A stretch of 64,000 bases of DNA, taken from the NCBI GenBank assembly GCA_965285935.1, contig OZ260663.1:34782001-34846000 (forward strand). The letters are read 5' to 3'. Positions within the stretch are counted from its first letter, which is position 1, and the number at the start of each line of letters is the position of its first letter. The notes below the pieces were generated by a model that made no database searches, had not been told where the DNA came from, and worked only from the letters and a program-made list of their open reading frames with translations. Shown piece after piece: positions 14,656 to 29,022 of the stretch. A program made the translations under genes and the position numbers. The stretch is from Ophelia neglecta (lineage: Eukaryota).

Positions 14656-14677
14656 ATATATATATATATATATATAT
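14656..14677. repeat. (TA)n microsatellite
   Basis: Directly visible. Confidence 0.85.
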
Positions 14678-17600
14678 TCAGAACTATTCTAATTAAAATG
14701 ATTATATTACAGGCATATATATAATGCTGTTTTCAATAAACAAACGTACGCAATACTCCTGTAACAAGGTTCTTTGTAATGAAAGGCAGGTCCTGTTGTA
14801 CACTACGCACAGAATACTCAACATTGCTAGTAGTAATTATACCACATGCAATTATTGTCTTTCAAGGAGTGATTGATAAAACATATCATTTGTAGTGCGA
14901 TGCTTAATTGCTCTAATTTATTGCACTGAATTTTGTTATTGTACACAGTTTTGGCAACCAATTAACAACTAAAATGCTTGCAATTGTCGATAAAACATTG
15001 GAAAAATGTGAATGAATAGCCCGCCGAAAATCTACTAGAACTAGAACCATCGAAGATAGCACCGAATCTGGGAGTATTTCATTTCCGGCCCTTTGCTTAT
15101 CATTTCTTATAACATAAAGGGGACCGATTCGACTACCTTCAATCTCAGAACTCCATTGGAACCCCTTCTTTAGGTCGATTTTCTGGAGACATATTTCATT
15201 GCTTTGTCTTTGTTTACCGCCTGATGTTAACGGTTCTAATTGCTACAATCTTGTTTTTGATGGGTTGTTTATAATTACCTAAAAGTAGGAGTTTTGCAAA
15301 GTTAAAGAACCAATCTGAACCTAACTGTTGCAACATCGAGCAGTATTTTAGTCGGAAAGAACCTCGAAAAATAAGGTTCGTAAAGACACAGCCGACAAAA
15401 GCAATGCACTCATACTGATTCAGTGATTCAATCGGCGATCTAAATGAATTTGATGGATTCTCGCATTCCGACAGTGCCTCTCAAGTGGATGTGTTTAATA
15501 GTATTCATGGAGGAGATAGATATTCATTACGAGCGTTAAGGGGTACTGGCCGGGTCCCTGCAAAGCCTCCCAGAGAGAACATTTGTGGGTTGATGAACGT
15601 CAACCAATGGACTATGTGGCTGGTTTTAAAGAGCCATAATCCGCACTGCTTGAGCTGCTGGGAGCTAGTTCTGCAATATCACTAACTGAAACAGGAAACA
15701 ATCTATTTAATGGGTTTGTTATCTATTTATTGCTATCATTCTAATAAACCATGCTGATACTATTTATTTACTAGAAATAAATTGAATTAAAATAAATATA
15801 TATTATCTGTGGTTGCCATGGCAACATACCGGTCATTTTTTAATGCTTGCCCAGTTCACCAGTGCCTACAGGTTCCCCGATATGTTTTTAGGCGGTTTAA
15901 AGCCAGTAGGGTCACCATGGAACAGCTGAGTCTAATTGTTCTGTGACTTTAACCTCATAACGGCATACCTTGTTAATGGGAATTGGCACTTATAGCATGT
16001 ACTTGGAAAGTCATGGGACACGTTTATCGTGACTCTGTTTTTGGATACATTACTATGCTTTAACCATGATAATGTCCTGCTAATTATAAGAAAACCTATC
16101 TGTTTGCAAATACCTACTATATGGGCATTAGATGCAGCGCTTTTATGATCCCATGGCGTTATCAATCAGCACATACTACCAGTAATTGGCGGAGGCCAAG
16201 TGATGAACTCACCAGGTGTTGCGATGGTAACATGGACATTTTCACATTTTTTTGCATAGTAATAGGGCAAGGCACTTTAAATTATAATACTATAGAATAA
16301 AGGTTAATGTCTACAGTGCCATACCAATGCCAAATACAATATTATTTTGCTTGAGCACAGATTATTGTCAGTTTTTAGAGTGAAGCTCTGCCTGTGTATT
16401 CAGCATGTACAGGCATGACGCTTTAAGTATTAACAAAGGCTACATATGATAAATATAATAGAGACCACAGTGTATAAGTCTGCCCACTGTGCACCTGTCC
16501 ATGGCCGCAGAGGGATGGGGGGAGGGTTGGAAATCGACTGAAAATCCGAGTCTGCAGAAGTTCTAGGAAGTGGCCTTTTGATATAAGTAAGGTTAACCTT
16601 TAGTTACTTAACCAAGACAACGCAATGACAGAATATATTTGCTATAGTGTCTACTAAATCTAAACATGCCTAAATACATTTTAATAATTATTATTAATAA
16701 TTAGAAAATTCTATTAGAATGTTTTGAAAACTGTTGGTTCCTTATAGACATGAGGGGTTGTGAAGGTAACTTATTGCATGCTATTTTTTGCCGGTACTTT
16801 TAATGACAATCTATGTTTCACGTTGAACCATAAGACCTTGTTGTACATTTTGCCCGAAAAATGATTAGCAAAGTACAGAGAGACCTGCCCGTGAAGATCG
16901 GCCTGCTGTTGACTTTCATTACTTGTACATTACTAGCACCGAAACACTGATTAACGTCATGCGCACCTTTATTGACTCGTCCCAGGGTTCTGTCTTCTCG
17001 AGCCTTGCATCTAGTAAACACACACTAAACATCTTATACAATGTCCAATCGTTACATTCAATTAACCTCATCATCTACCTCCATTCGTCTAGTTAACATG
17101 CCCTTCTATGTGACATTTATTAAGTTATGAAGAACTTGAAAAAAACCAATTCCCCTTTTTTGCAGTCTCTCATCAATCTTTTGCGTCAGGTATCTTTTAA
17201 CTGACACAAAGAATCTGTCCGCAGCCCAATGCAATTTGCAGGCAAGTCCCTTGTTCATCTAGCGAAACATATTAGTCTTGCCAGGTATAAACAGGAGAAC
17301 ATAGGAGACAAATTGAAGAGTGGGCTGCACCTGACTACTAAATGATATATACAGTGTAGCCTGGCTGATAAAACTCTCTCTGCTCAAGATTACCAGCAGT
17401 TTTAATATTAAATAAAATCCAGGTTAATATTTTCTACGACGACTGGTTTCGTATTATAGTCACGACGATAATCAAATAATTTTTAGTGAATTTTCATTAT
17501 AAGTTTATTGTTTTACAAAATATTGTTTTTACCAAAACCAATTTCTTCAATTGGCCAGCAAGAAGCAATATAGTCCAAAGGCACACTAGCCACCCCTCAT

Positions 17601-20204
17601 TCACAAATACGTTCGATACATCATCGGACTAATAGGCCAGAGAAACTTAAACAACAAAGAACAGTTGCTTGAATGTACTATGATTACTTTCACATGTAGC
17701 CGGTGGTGGGAAAAATTCTAGTCCATCTTTACCCACTGGCTGCATAATTCTCAGCGCCCGGCTGTTACCTCTGTGCAATGTTCCCATGTCCTCTGGACAG
17801 CTGCTCCTAGTAAACCTAATTAAAAGACATGTCCCATTGCTGGGGCAATGACCCATTCCCCTCAGCCCACGTTTCATTTAATCACTGGTTTTCTTACAAT
17901 GTCGAAGGGGGTGCTCACTATTCACTACACAGCTTCTCGAACATAAAAGGTTTGCAGTCAATTACGTTGAATGTGCTATCCTGTTATATATTTGATAATA
18001 TCTGAGTGATTTTGGGTGCAAGAATCTAGTTTATTTAATATATTGGTCAGCAATGCACCACTGAGAAACTTGAAAAATTAGTTTCTCTTTGTATACAGTT
18101 GGCCTTATTCATCACAAGGAACAAGCTCCACCAAATGCCAACCCCATGTATGTTAATAGAAGTTATTAGAATAAAGCAAGAAAGAGCCAGAAACAGTTGC
18201 TCTAGCCATTTCATGCCAAAATAGGGAATATTTCAACATGAACCCCACAATTGGCACCGTTTGACAAGCTGCGGAGCCAATGAAATGAACTGGGTACTAA
18301 AACAAGAAAAAACCAAAAGAATGCTGTCGAGGGAGGTCCTAGAATACCTAAGAAGCGATACCATATTTTGTGACTCGACTGTTAAATGCTGTTTTATGAT
18401 TAAATCTTCATTATTTTGTATGTGTGGGGTTGCCGGGTAATGCACGTTCACGTCCTACAATTGGGCTAGCACGTTACTCGAATCTTTGCAAGAAACTAAA
18501 CAAACTCAAACGAAGTACGAAATTAAATGCATTTATATCTTTCATTGGACGATTACTTAATATATAAACAACCCAAAATCTACTGCGGAACATGTATATT
18601 GTAGTTATCGTAAAATCGATAAAGAAATGTATCCCACATTGACGTTTGGTTATAAAACCTCATCAAAAAGAAAGCAGGGCAAAAAGTCAAACATCAAAGT
18701 TAAGAGGTTGAACTGAACAAACACAAATGTTGTATGTGTCTATACTCATCATCTAGTCAAATATTATGATACAATCACGACACTTTTTATGACGTAACAT
18801 AATGCTGCTATATCCTAGCATGCCACTTTATGGCATCCTTGATTCACATGCATTGTTATATTTACTCAATATCAAAGTCACAGCGCAGGACAAATCTTCA
18901 AATACATTTGGAGGGAGGTCATTGTCGTCTGCCTACAGCAGAGTTTTGAATATCCAATACATATTGGTAAGGATTCCCGACCATTTTTCTTCTGTGTCAT
19001 ACTCTCATTGATACACCTGTTTTATGTGGGGACATTGATTGAACCATGTTCAATGTATCTTGAAAAAAATAAGCACAAAGGGCACTTTTGCAATAAAAGG
19101 CACCCATGACAAACTTTGGTCGAGCCTCACGCTTCATAAAGACTTGGCTCATATAATTGAATTAAACATAGTACCACTAATTTCCAATCGCCAAACAAAC
19201 ACTAGTAAATCAGAATGAATTAATGTCGGACAGGTTCATGGCTGTGTTCCCTATTAGGTGTGCAAAAATACCCACATAGTAGATCAGTAAAGGAGGCAGG
19301 CGATTTTACCTGGCTGTCGCGCTCGATGTCCCCAGCAACGCCTTAGAAACGTCCCCCAGCTTAGGTTCCGAGCTAAAAGAAGCGGCATGAGAAGAAGCAT
19401 TCTCTTACAGCAATGCATTTTTAGTTTGGATCAGTTAATGCATATCATTATAAGTAAAAAAATCTCTTTGCTGTCCACAAACGATCAGAGAAACAATTTT
19501 GCTTACATAACAATATATACGGAAGACAGGCTAATTTAACGTATTCATGTAAATTCAATGTTGAAGCTTGTTTATAAAAAAAAGCTTAGCTAGTCTGCAA
19601 TGGATTCTAATAGGAATGCCATTTGTTTACCCTTGTTACAGAACTTCATCAAAAACCCAAATTTGAATTTTATATACATTCATGCATATCAAATTGCATG
19701 CTATGTTATAAGTTTTGCATATTGCCAAAGCCGGTTGACAATCTAATGAATCATTGAACAGTTAAAGCCATTGTTCAGGGCTAAGTTCTTGAAGGAGTGG
19801 TGCTCGGAATATCTTCACATGATTACTGCAATGTAAAAAATGGCTACAATTGGTGGAAACGAATGAGGTCTAATCAATATACCTAACTAGCCATATTCAT
19901 TACGGTGTATGGGCAACAGAGAATCTTTTTTAAGGAAAAAAAATGCCAGTATGGAAGGAATAAAGAACGTACAGTTTCATTCTAAATGAATGCTTATGCA
20001 CTGAAAATATCCTTGAATGACTTGAACACTTCGAAAAAGTTTCTTTATAACGCTGGTTTTGTTCCATCAGGATGTAATATTTTACCATCTCGTTGATAAA
20101 TATTTGTCGATTAATTATTATTTATGCTTATTTTTGCGAGTCTATTTTGAATATGGTTGTGTACTGACCAATGTCATGTGAGTTATATCAGGTTGAAGAA
20201 TTTA

Positions 20205-20760
20205 GACTCGTGGTATACCGTATCTGACTCGTGGTATACCGTATCTGACTCGTGGTATACCGTATCTGACTCGTGGTACAGTATCTGACTCGCTGTATAC
20301 CGTATCTGACTCGTGGTATACCGTATTTGACTCGTTGTATACCGTATCTGACTCGTGGTATACCGTATCTGACTCGTGGTATACCGTATCTGACTCGTGG
20401 TACAGTATCTGACTCGCTGTATACCGTATCTGACTCGTGGTATACCGTATCTGACTCGTTGTATACCGTATCTGACTCGTGGTATACCGTATCTGACTCG
20501 TGGTATACCGTATCTGACTCGTGGTACCGTATCTGACTCGCTGTATACCGTATCTGACTCGTGGTATACCGTATCTGACTCGTGGTACAGTATCTGACTC
20601 GCTGTATACCGTATCTGACTCGTGGTATACCGTATCTGACTCGTGGTATACCGTATCTGACTCGTGGTATACCGTATCTGACTCGTGGTATACCGTATCT
20701 GACTCGTGGTATACCGTATCTGACTCGTGGTATACCGTATCTGACTCGTGGTATACCGTA
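20205..20760. repeat. Minisatellite, 21-bp unit GACTCGTGGTATACCGTATCT, ~27 copies, with a 124-bp higher-order repeat
   Basis: Directly visible. 19-bp variant units occur at 20268, 20392, 20516 and 20577. Confidence 0.97.
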
Positions 20761-23573
20761 ACAAATTGTCGCGAGGTAATATCCTACACGCATTGACGTT
20801 TTTCGTGATTTAAGTAATGAGTCCAATGACACGCTTTTTCCGAGTACAACAGTCGTTTGATTTTAAACAAATACACCAATATGTTGTTGTAGCATTTTCC
20901 TGTAAGGCGGTACAGAGTTAAATGTTGTTGATTCTATATGGTTACGTAAGATTGACATTTAAACAAACACAGGTATATAGGTTTGAAAATGAAATAAAAC
21001 CAGGCCTCGGTTCTGTGATTTCAAATTCTTTTTTTCTTTTTTTTTCAATTCCCTTATGTCAAGAAGAAAGAATAGATGTGACCAGTTGCCTTATGCAAAT
21101 AATGAACCTGTTGTCCATTGCTGACCTATTATTCATACTTCGATACAAAAATTTAGATTGAAAGAGATATATCAATATTATAAAAAAAAGTCAGGAAAAA
21201 AGTGTGGTTATAAGCTAGTAGTTTGTTTTATGTTTGCAAACGTTGGAAGATGAGATAAGTGGGTATAGATATTGCGTAGCGTGATGAATAGATTTAAAAG
21301 ATTTGTGATAGGATTTGTCCGCATGGGTGAGGTTCTATTTTGCTATTATACGTTTATAGAAGATAATTGAACCGTTAACAAATCAGAATACAGCGGTTGG
21401 ATAATAAATAAAAAACAGATTCGTTTTTTAATAGCGTCGCGCCAAGGTCCTTTTCGAGATTAGCAAGAATAATTTACCATTTTACTCATTGGAGCGAAAT
21501 AACGATTATAGCCAAGTGTCACATTGGTCCCCTCGGGATGCAAAATGTTTGTCTGGTTGTCATAAGATACTAGCGTCTCCCACCGCTACCAAAATAGCAG
21601 CGCTTAACAATACCTCTGACAAGATATTCATCATTTCCCAGTGCTGTGTCGCTTTTTCCATAAAATATTCAACGCGAAACACACAACTATTGACGTTGAT
21701 ATCCTGAAATATTTAAGACACAGTGTTGCAAGTAGAGTTACTGCCGCATGCTATATAACTCGAGCCATGCCGTTTTTAACCCCAAATACAGAGTTCTGTC
21801 TCTGTTTACTTTTTGACATCTTATGTCATCCAGCAAGAAGCTAATACTCTTATGGTTTCAAAAGAATTAGGACACTTCACATCCTAACTTTTCCACTGTT
21901 CATACAATTTCCTAACCCTCCATGGACCAAAAGTTTGGGCCTTTGGTACCTTCTCCTCTCATACCATTTTAAACATATTTTGTTTGATCATGAACAAAGA
22001 ACTGAAAGATAGGGCTATCCGAACGAAACATAGGTTAATGAATTATAATTTAGGTCAATACTTATATACTTCAAACTCACTTACGTTATGAAGTTAAACT
22101 CATTATTGGATGCCATGGAATATAACAATATTTCTAGATGAAAAAGATAGTAGAAATATTTTAATTTTTGGTTTGCATAAATATTATATTGCTAGATAAA
22201 TGTAGTTATATAGCCTTGTGCGTTAATATCAACCTGAACAGTTTAGAGCGGTAGATCATGGTTGTTTCACCTTTTTCCTTTTTCATGTGTTGCCCTGTGA
22301 GGAATGAATGATCCTTCATTCGACGACTAAATGACATGGTTTCAAATCCCAATGCTTCATATACATGATATTTTCATCAAGAAGACCCTCTTTGGAGTTT
22401 TCTCCGATTGCCTAAACTGTTTTTTCTAGCGGCCATTCACTAGCGTTACTACTTGACCCGAAATAACAAATATTTAGTTCAACATTAATGTGTACCATCA
22501 AGAATTTACTAAAATTCAAATGATGATGAAGCCTTTGTGGTACATTTCCAATTTGCTATGTTATAAGAAAGAAGAAAAAGAACGTTTTATATACTTACAC
22601 AGTGTGTGTGCTCTTTACATAAAAATCTCCCAGTTCGACTATATGAGTTCACTGCAGATTTATGTGTGTACCGCAAGACTCATCAATGATGGACCAGTTC
22701 AGAAATGTAACCGTATGCTAAGAATCTAATTGCAATTTGATTCAAGATGATTTCAGACCGATTTGATTGAAAGGTTTTTTATAGTTTGGATTGTGCTAAA
22801 TTATTAGGGCTTGTCGAGTGTATATTCCAATATATCTTAAAATAATAAATACACAATCGCAGTGAGATAAAATTGATGCATATATATAACGTATTGAGGA
22901 AATAGGTGTTGAGGTAATCAGACAGACTCATTGGACTATCTTGATTAATGATTTTACTTTTTCTGTCGGGTAGCCACCCCAGTTTTTATTTCCTAATGTG
23001 CCCGTCCTTGACAGTATCTGACAATGTTAAGTGTACTCAACTCGCTTGCTAACGTTAAGAAACAGTATGTAAAGAAGGGTTTGCAAATAATCAAATATGC
23101 ACGTACACTATGAAGAGACACATATGTCAGCCTTAAATATATTAATAACAAGGTCCTCCTGTATCTAAGTGCCCCCTATGAATATTAGTTATTTACAACA
23201 AAAACGTAAGAATGTTTAATCATTCCACCCTTTTAGGTTGATAATGTATTACCTGCTTTGTGCCACCCTAGAAAGATATGAGCAGTACAATTATCGAAAA
23301 ATTTAAAGATGGGCCCACGCAGAATTAAGCTGTGATCCATCCGATGTTTTGTTTTATCAAATATGTGACACGTTGCTGTGCTAGCTTGTGGTGAGCGATA
23401 GACTCTTAATTGTATGTTCACCTTGATAGCTTCACGCATTGTCAAATAAGCGTCTTTCATTGCCATTTTAAACACAGAGCCTTCAACAAGACCGTATCGA
23501 TTAGTTTGGCAACGGCTGTTTGCATTTATACAAAACGCACAAATCTAATCTGCCCGGAATAAAAAGCGCATTC

Positions 23574-23581
23574 TATAAAAG
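23574..23581 (+). promoter_or_regulatory. TATA box (TATAAAAG), candidate promoter for exon 1b
   Basis: Consensus TATAAAAG with GC-rich flanks at the start of a CpG-richer stretch, ~650 bp upstream of the exon 1b ATG. Confidence 0.35.
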
Positions 23582-24229
23582 GGCGATCAGGTGTACGAGT
23601 TTAATTGGTAGATGGCACAGGTTGTCTTTTGCTGCAAACCTAGCTATCAACTCAACAATAAGGACGGATGTTTGAGTAAATAAATCATAGACCATCGAAC
23701 CCAAGGCGCGCCAGAGCTCAAGCGCAGGTCCCAACGCTTTCCCAGCATATACAACCTCGCGCCGCCTAGAACGCACACTCGGCATTCGAAGGAGGTTGTC
23801 GTGCAGGTCTTGATCTGCAAGGGTTCAACTCCTTACCTCAAGAACCTGTGTGAGATAGATACGCACAGCAAAAACCACCAGATAACGTTAAATATGGGGT
23901 TTAATCTGCAGTCCCTTGATTTCATTGACATTTTTATATTTCCATCGGAGAAGGATAGGGCAATATCATGTAGGAGGTATTTTCACCTGTTCACTTGTTA
24001 AAATAAAGAGCTTTTGGTGCTCGTCGGCGGTAAATGAATGATCACCATGACAAAACAGGAGCTCCCATTGGCGTTCAAGGACAAAACAGCCTGACTAGAT
24101 TCATAGTAGCCGTGTATTGAAGAATCAGCAGCTTTGATTTTTTCCTGTCGGTGCAGTATTAACTTCTTACTGGGCAGGAAATCGCCTGGACCGCCGTTGT
24201 TATACAGGAAGGAAACTATGTGGATTGTC

Positions 24230-24341
24230 ATGGATAACCATAGCGTGTGTCCATGGCCACGACTCTTCACGGCTAGTACAATACAGACTGCTATCTTAGG
24301 ACTGCTTACCACGTGGATATCATACTCTCCACACTGGGCAA
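24230..24341 (+). CDS. Candidate alternative first coding exon 1b, signal peptide MDNHSVCPWPRLFTASTIQTAILGLLTTWISYSPHWA
   Basis: gtcATGG Kozak context (extra in-frame ATG at 24218), 37 codons + 1 nt, hydrophobic core AILGLLTTWI, CAA|GTAAGT phase-1 donor at 24342. Coding and 5'UTR similarity to exon 1a. Confidence 0.65.
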
Positions 24342-26882
24342 GTAAGTCAATTTACAAGTATATCTTTACACACAGGGACCTGCGTAATTAAAAATGACAT
24401 ATGTTTAAAGAAAACAGTCCTGACTATTGCATATTTTTCAAAGTAAGTCTAGACATGACTTCTTTCTAATAGAACGCTGAAAGACTGCGCATTAAAACAT
24501 TGTGATGAAGGTAATAGGGCATTGATACCAATAAGTGATAAATTGTTAGATACCATCACCAACTATAAACAATTAATTGATTACCCGTCTATTTACAACC
24601 GTCAAAAATGAAGAAAATAATCAGTACGATTATTGTACGGTATGAAAAACTAATGTATATATTCGCATCTAGAAGTAGTTTAATGAGGCCCTCTGCCCTA
24701 GATTTCACTTGCCCACAGACATATTGATGCTGTAGACATCAATTCTTGGTAATCAAACACACAGAATATATCACAAAGGATCAAAATTGGTTGGAAAGCC
24801 ATCAGCGAGAGTAAATGGGGCCGTAATAGTGGCGTTTAGCTGGTCGACTAATGTCCATTCCTTGGGGACACCTCGTCTGCTCGGATAGGCCATCTACTCT
24901 AATTAGCTCGTGGCAATTCGCCCCAAATTACCAACCATTTATTCTTTACGACATGTGTATTTAATACGATTTTTTTCGCCCTGTTATATTAAGTTTGTTT
25001 CAGTTAACTGAACATAAACATTATAGTTCTATGTGTGGTTAAACATCCAATTTCGGTGTTCCACGGAGTGTCTACAGTGTAATTTGAAGGCGCTGTAGAT
25101 ATTTTTACAGCTAATTGTCGTGAAAAACATTCCCACTTAAAATCGGGTAGAAACAGATCTCCAAGAAAAAACCCAGAATTCTTCCTTTAAATGATTTTAT
25201 CATTCGCATCCAAGACGAAAAACGATGTCAAAGTGATATTTATTGACACACAAGAACATCTTCTATTTTCTAATACTATTTGCCATGCAATATATGATGA
25301 ATAAGAAGGTGGTTTATATATTGCCCTGCCTTTTCTATAGATAAGGGTCATATACGCGTATATCCTGCATAACCGTGAAAAGCCAGAACAAATTATACGA
25401 ATTTTTGTACGAATGTCACTACGGATCGGCTAAAAACTGACTTTATGTGCATAATGTTGCACGATCATTTGTTGCAATATTTGAGACTTTCAGTTAAATT
25501 AGCTCCTAATGGATACATTGATTCCCTGTATAGTAAAAACCGATTTTTTACTTGTCTTCAGAAGGACGATGCTATATTATCTGTGTGCCGTGTTCCTGAT
25601 ACTAAAATCAAAATGGCTGTAAGGCTACCCGCTATAACATTTAGTGAAAAAGGCGACCGTAATCACGTGTTCTTTCCTCAAGCACATACATATTTTATCA
25701 TTTCTTCTTGACGGACGACAATGTGGCCGCGCGTCAACATGGTCAAATAAGACTGCCTTTGAGGCATTTTGAAACATGCATTGAGATGTTTAGGGAGCAT
25801 TGTAGTCTTGACAATATCAAACAGCAATAGTAAAATGTCTATATAAGGAAGGAATATATGATATGCGTTGGTCTAATTAAAGTTCCGGCATATCACCATT
25901 CACCAGTAGACAGGCCCACCAAATACCTGCTTAATGCTAGAGACTTTTTTTATTGGACAAATGATTCATACCAAAAAAAAAGCCTTATTCGAATCGCAGC
26001 GGAGTTGTTTTTCAGTAAGTGACACCTTATACAACTAAACAGCATCTGGCTTGACCGAAAACCTGGTCTGACTATATGAATGAATATTAATGCAGCACCT
26101 ACTGCCGGAAAAGGGCACTATTTAAAGGTCGTGAATCTTGTTAGCCGAAAATGAAATCAAAAAGCAAAATCGATTACCAGGATTAGTAAAGATAACTTAG
26201 CTCATTCTATCTGTATGTCCTATTGGTTTATGATTGTATTAATATGTATTTTTCTTATTTTACATGTGGTTTTGTATCCTTTTTGTACAACTAATATTCC
26301 GAAAGGGTACTCTCCTCCATCAGGAGGAAATAAAGGAGGTTTTATATGAATATATGACTAGTTACCGCGTCATTCCAAAAACAGGCCTTTGACTGTCATC
26401 CAAATGCCAACTGTAACAATGAAGACGAAAAAGAAGTGACGGTGGCTTTACCAATCATAGGACGTCACTGAAATCGCGTCATTTTAAACATATACAACTA
26501 AATCCGTTACTTTGTGACTCTCCGAGGAAGTGCTTAGATAATAGTTTTAATTTTTTCATCTCGACGCTCACTTTATTTGAACTAAGTTGCTCAGTTTGGT
26601 GGACGGGCACGTAATGAAAAAGGTTAAACTCTCTAGAATTGAAAAACCTGGTAGGCACGTACGTACAAGGTGTAGACCGTTCACTGTAAACTTAAAAAGT
26701 TAATCCCCATTGTTCATATCATGATAATTCAGTTTGTGGTAGTTTAGACATTATGCTCGATAAAGCATGTTCAGCATTTATACTTAACAGGTGTTTTTTC
26801 TGTCAATTTAAGGCGACCTGTAGTAACTGATAACCCACCTTCAAACGATGCTAGCTAACGGAATTTTGCACCTGCTGGCAAT

Positions 26883-27100
26883 AGGCTTTTGATTAAATGC
26901 TGAGGCGTGGAGCCTTGACGGATGTAAATCCAGAGATTAGGACTCAACACTAGACCTATATAACCCTTTCCCAAACCCTGAAATTAACCCTAGCCCTATC
27001 CCTAGCCTTCCTGTCGAGTTTCTGCTTGACTCCTCTCCGAAATACCCACGACCTACGCCTCCACATAGCCTCTGTAGTTCCGCGATTAATCAAAAGTCCT
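26883..27100. mobile_element. Degenerate MITE-like element with a telomere-like (TAACCC-type) core
   Basis: Inverted matches AGGCTTTTGATTAA / TTAATCAAAAGTCCT and GAGGCGT / ACGCCTC around the degenerate run TAACCC..AAACCC..TAACCCTAGCCCTATCCCTAGCC (26961-27008). Confidence 0.4.
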
Positions 27101-28984
27101 TGCAATTTGCTTACTGCAAACCTGTTTTCAGGTATAATTTTACATAAAAGCGTCCCTTATCAGACACACCAGCTAAGCGAGAATCTTTAAAATGATAGCT
27201 TGGCTGTAAGCTTCCAAACCTCTTAAGAAAACTTCAAACATTTATCAATAAAGGGTGTTTGGAAATAAGTTGCACAATAGTGGGGTAAAGCTGTGCTGGC
27301 AAAAAGAAATTTTCTTTCTTACTGATGTCCGCACGTTATGTCCTGGAAAACACATCAGCGTCTCGGCCACCATCATTCTATGATATGCAATGATAGCTTT
27401 TCGCGGAATTAAATATATTGAATGCATGTCTCAAGACGCCTCCTTATCGTACCCTCGCGTATAAAGGGATGGATCTCCTTGATACCTGGCTTACTGAAAC
27501 CAACAAACAGACTTAGATTCATTTTCTCTTATCGCCAATTCCAACAGCGCCAAAATTAAGCTCCAAACAGCCATTCAAGGGCAACCTTCTAAACAGCTTT
27601 GTTGATCCATTTTGATGTTAAATCCTCTTTTCAGTCTTCTTTATTACAGCAGCCTTTGCAAACAAAAAGGGATAACGTTACTGGTGCTAGTATGTGATAT
27701 CCAACTCCCGAAAGAGGCAGATTCAATTGATAGATCTTTGCTGACAAGACAACATTTCTGAAACACTATCGATTTAAATACATTACTTGGAGAATCGTTC
27801 ACACATGCCTCTGTAAACCCTTTAACCTTTGATAAGCTCAACATACGTTTCATGAGGGGCAACAGTCAGGAAGTCACTGGTCAGATTCTCTTCCTTTTGC
27901 TGAATGTAAATTAATCCATTGTTAAATACCACAATCTGCGTGAATGCAACACTCCGATTTCTGACTTTCTGTCCAACAACACGACGTTGTTTCCACAGTT
28001 AGGTAGGGAAAACGTGGGAAAATACGGTAGTGTGAGCAACTAGGAGCGCATCTTGCATTCTGCTTTTTACACCTTCTCCTAAATAAAATTTAGTGTGAAG
28101 TAGACTACGTACTTTAGAGAACTTCCTTGATTCATCCACTCAAAATGGCGCTAACATCTTTTACGCTGCCATCTTGAAATGGTCTCTTGCGAGGACAAGG
28201 GCAAGGTCACGCGGCTAATATAAGATTGATCGGTAGCAATTGCCGCCATTTGAGTGAAACTTGACCTTAATCGTATAAGTGGTGCGTAATAACAGCTTTC
28301 GGCACATGTAATATCGGAACAGTTTTCGGTTGTATGCATTTAAATACTTTTTATAAAAGTATAAAAATATAATGCAGTTTGAGCCAACTATTCATAGTAA
28401 ATTGACTGTCATAATTGCCCCATATTTAGTTAATACTATATGGGGCAATTACGGTTGTTAATGGTGCACTTTAGCAATGACGTCTGTTTCCGTAAAACCG
28501 TAAATTTGTTTGTGTGAGTTTCATGCATTTTAATAATTCAAAGGATAGTTGAGTCCAATGTATTTCATACTTAGGCTACCGGTCAGATGCGCAAATGATA
28601 TGTATTAAGGATAATTAACTTTTAACGAAATAACAGAAAACCAATTAGCAACTGAACTGAACTGAACTATAATTTTATGGCAATGTTTTTAAACATTACA
28701 TTCTAGTTTTTAAACTAATGCTTAACCGTAGTCAGGAAGCCAACAAACGCGAAACAAATGGGTTGGACGCCTAATAAGCAAAGAACTAAATAATCCGATT
28801 GCTTGGCTTCTTTGAATATAGTTTACTGTACACTGCTGTCGAAGCCAATATATATACATATTTCTATATATATTTATATTTACACGTGTTCGTGCAGACC
28901 GGCAGACTCCACTGTTACTGTATAAGCATATGTATACATTGCAGAACTGTACATTTGAAAGCCATCAATTAAATGAGGCGTGTC

Positions 28985-28991
28985 TGTGTGT

Positions 28992-29022
<31 letters not shown>
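28985..29022. repeat. (TG)n microsatellite running into a poly-G tract
   Basis: Directly visible. Confidence 0.9.

Noticed and set aside
19387-19453. MRRSILLQQCIFSLDQLMHIII followed by a phase-1 GT
   Set aside because: Weak donor (AA|GTAAAA), interrupted hydrophobic core and no similarity to the leader exons.
20183-20832. 193- and 214-aa ORFs
   Set aside because: Translations of the 21-bp array, with frameshifts at the 19-bp units.
23690-23880. Penelope-like C-terminus (APELKRRSQRFPSIYNL) and hammerhead-like motif
   Set aside because: Similarity is too weak and there is no intact CTGANGA...GAAA core. It is better explained as a CpG-richer promoter/5'UTR of exon 1b.
25509-25624. Hydrophobic 36-aa frame starting MDTLIPC before GTAAGG
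   Set aside because: The donor is phase 2, incompatible with the lectin exon, and the shared motifs are absent.
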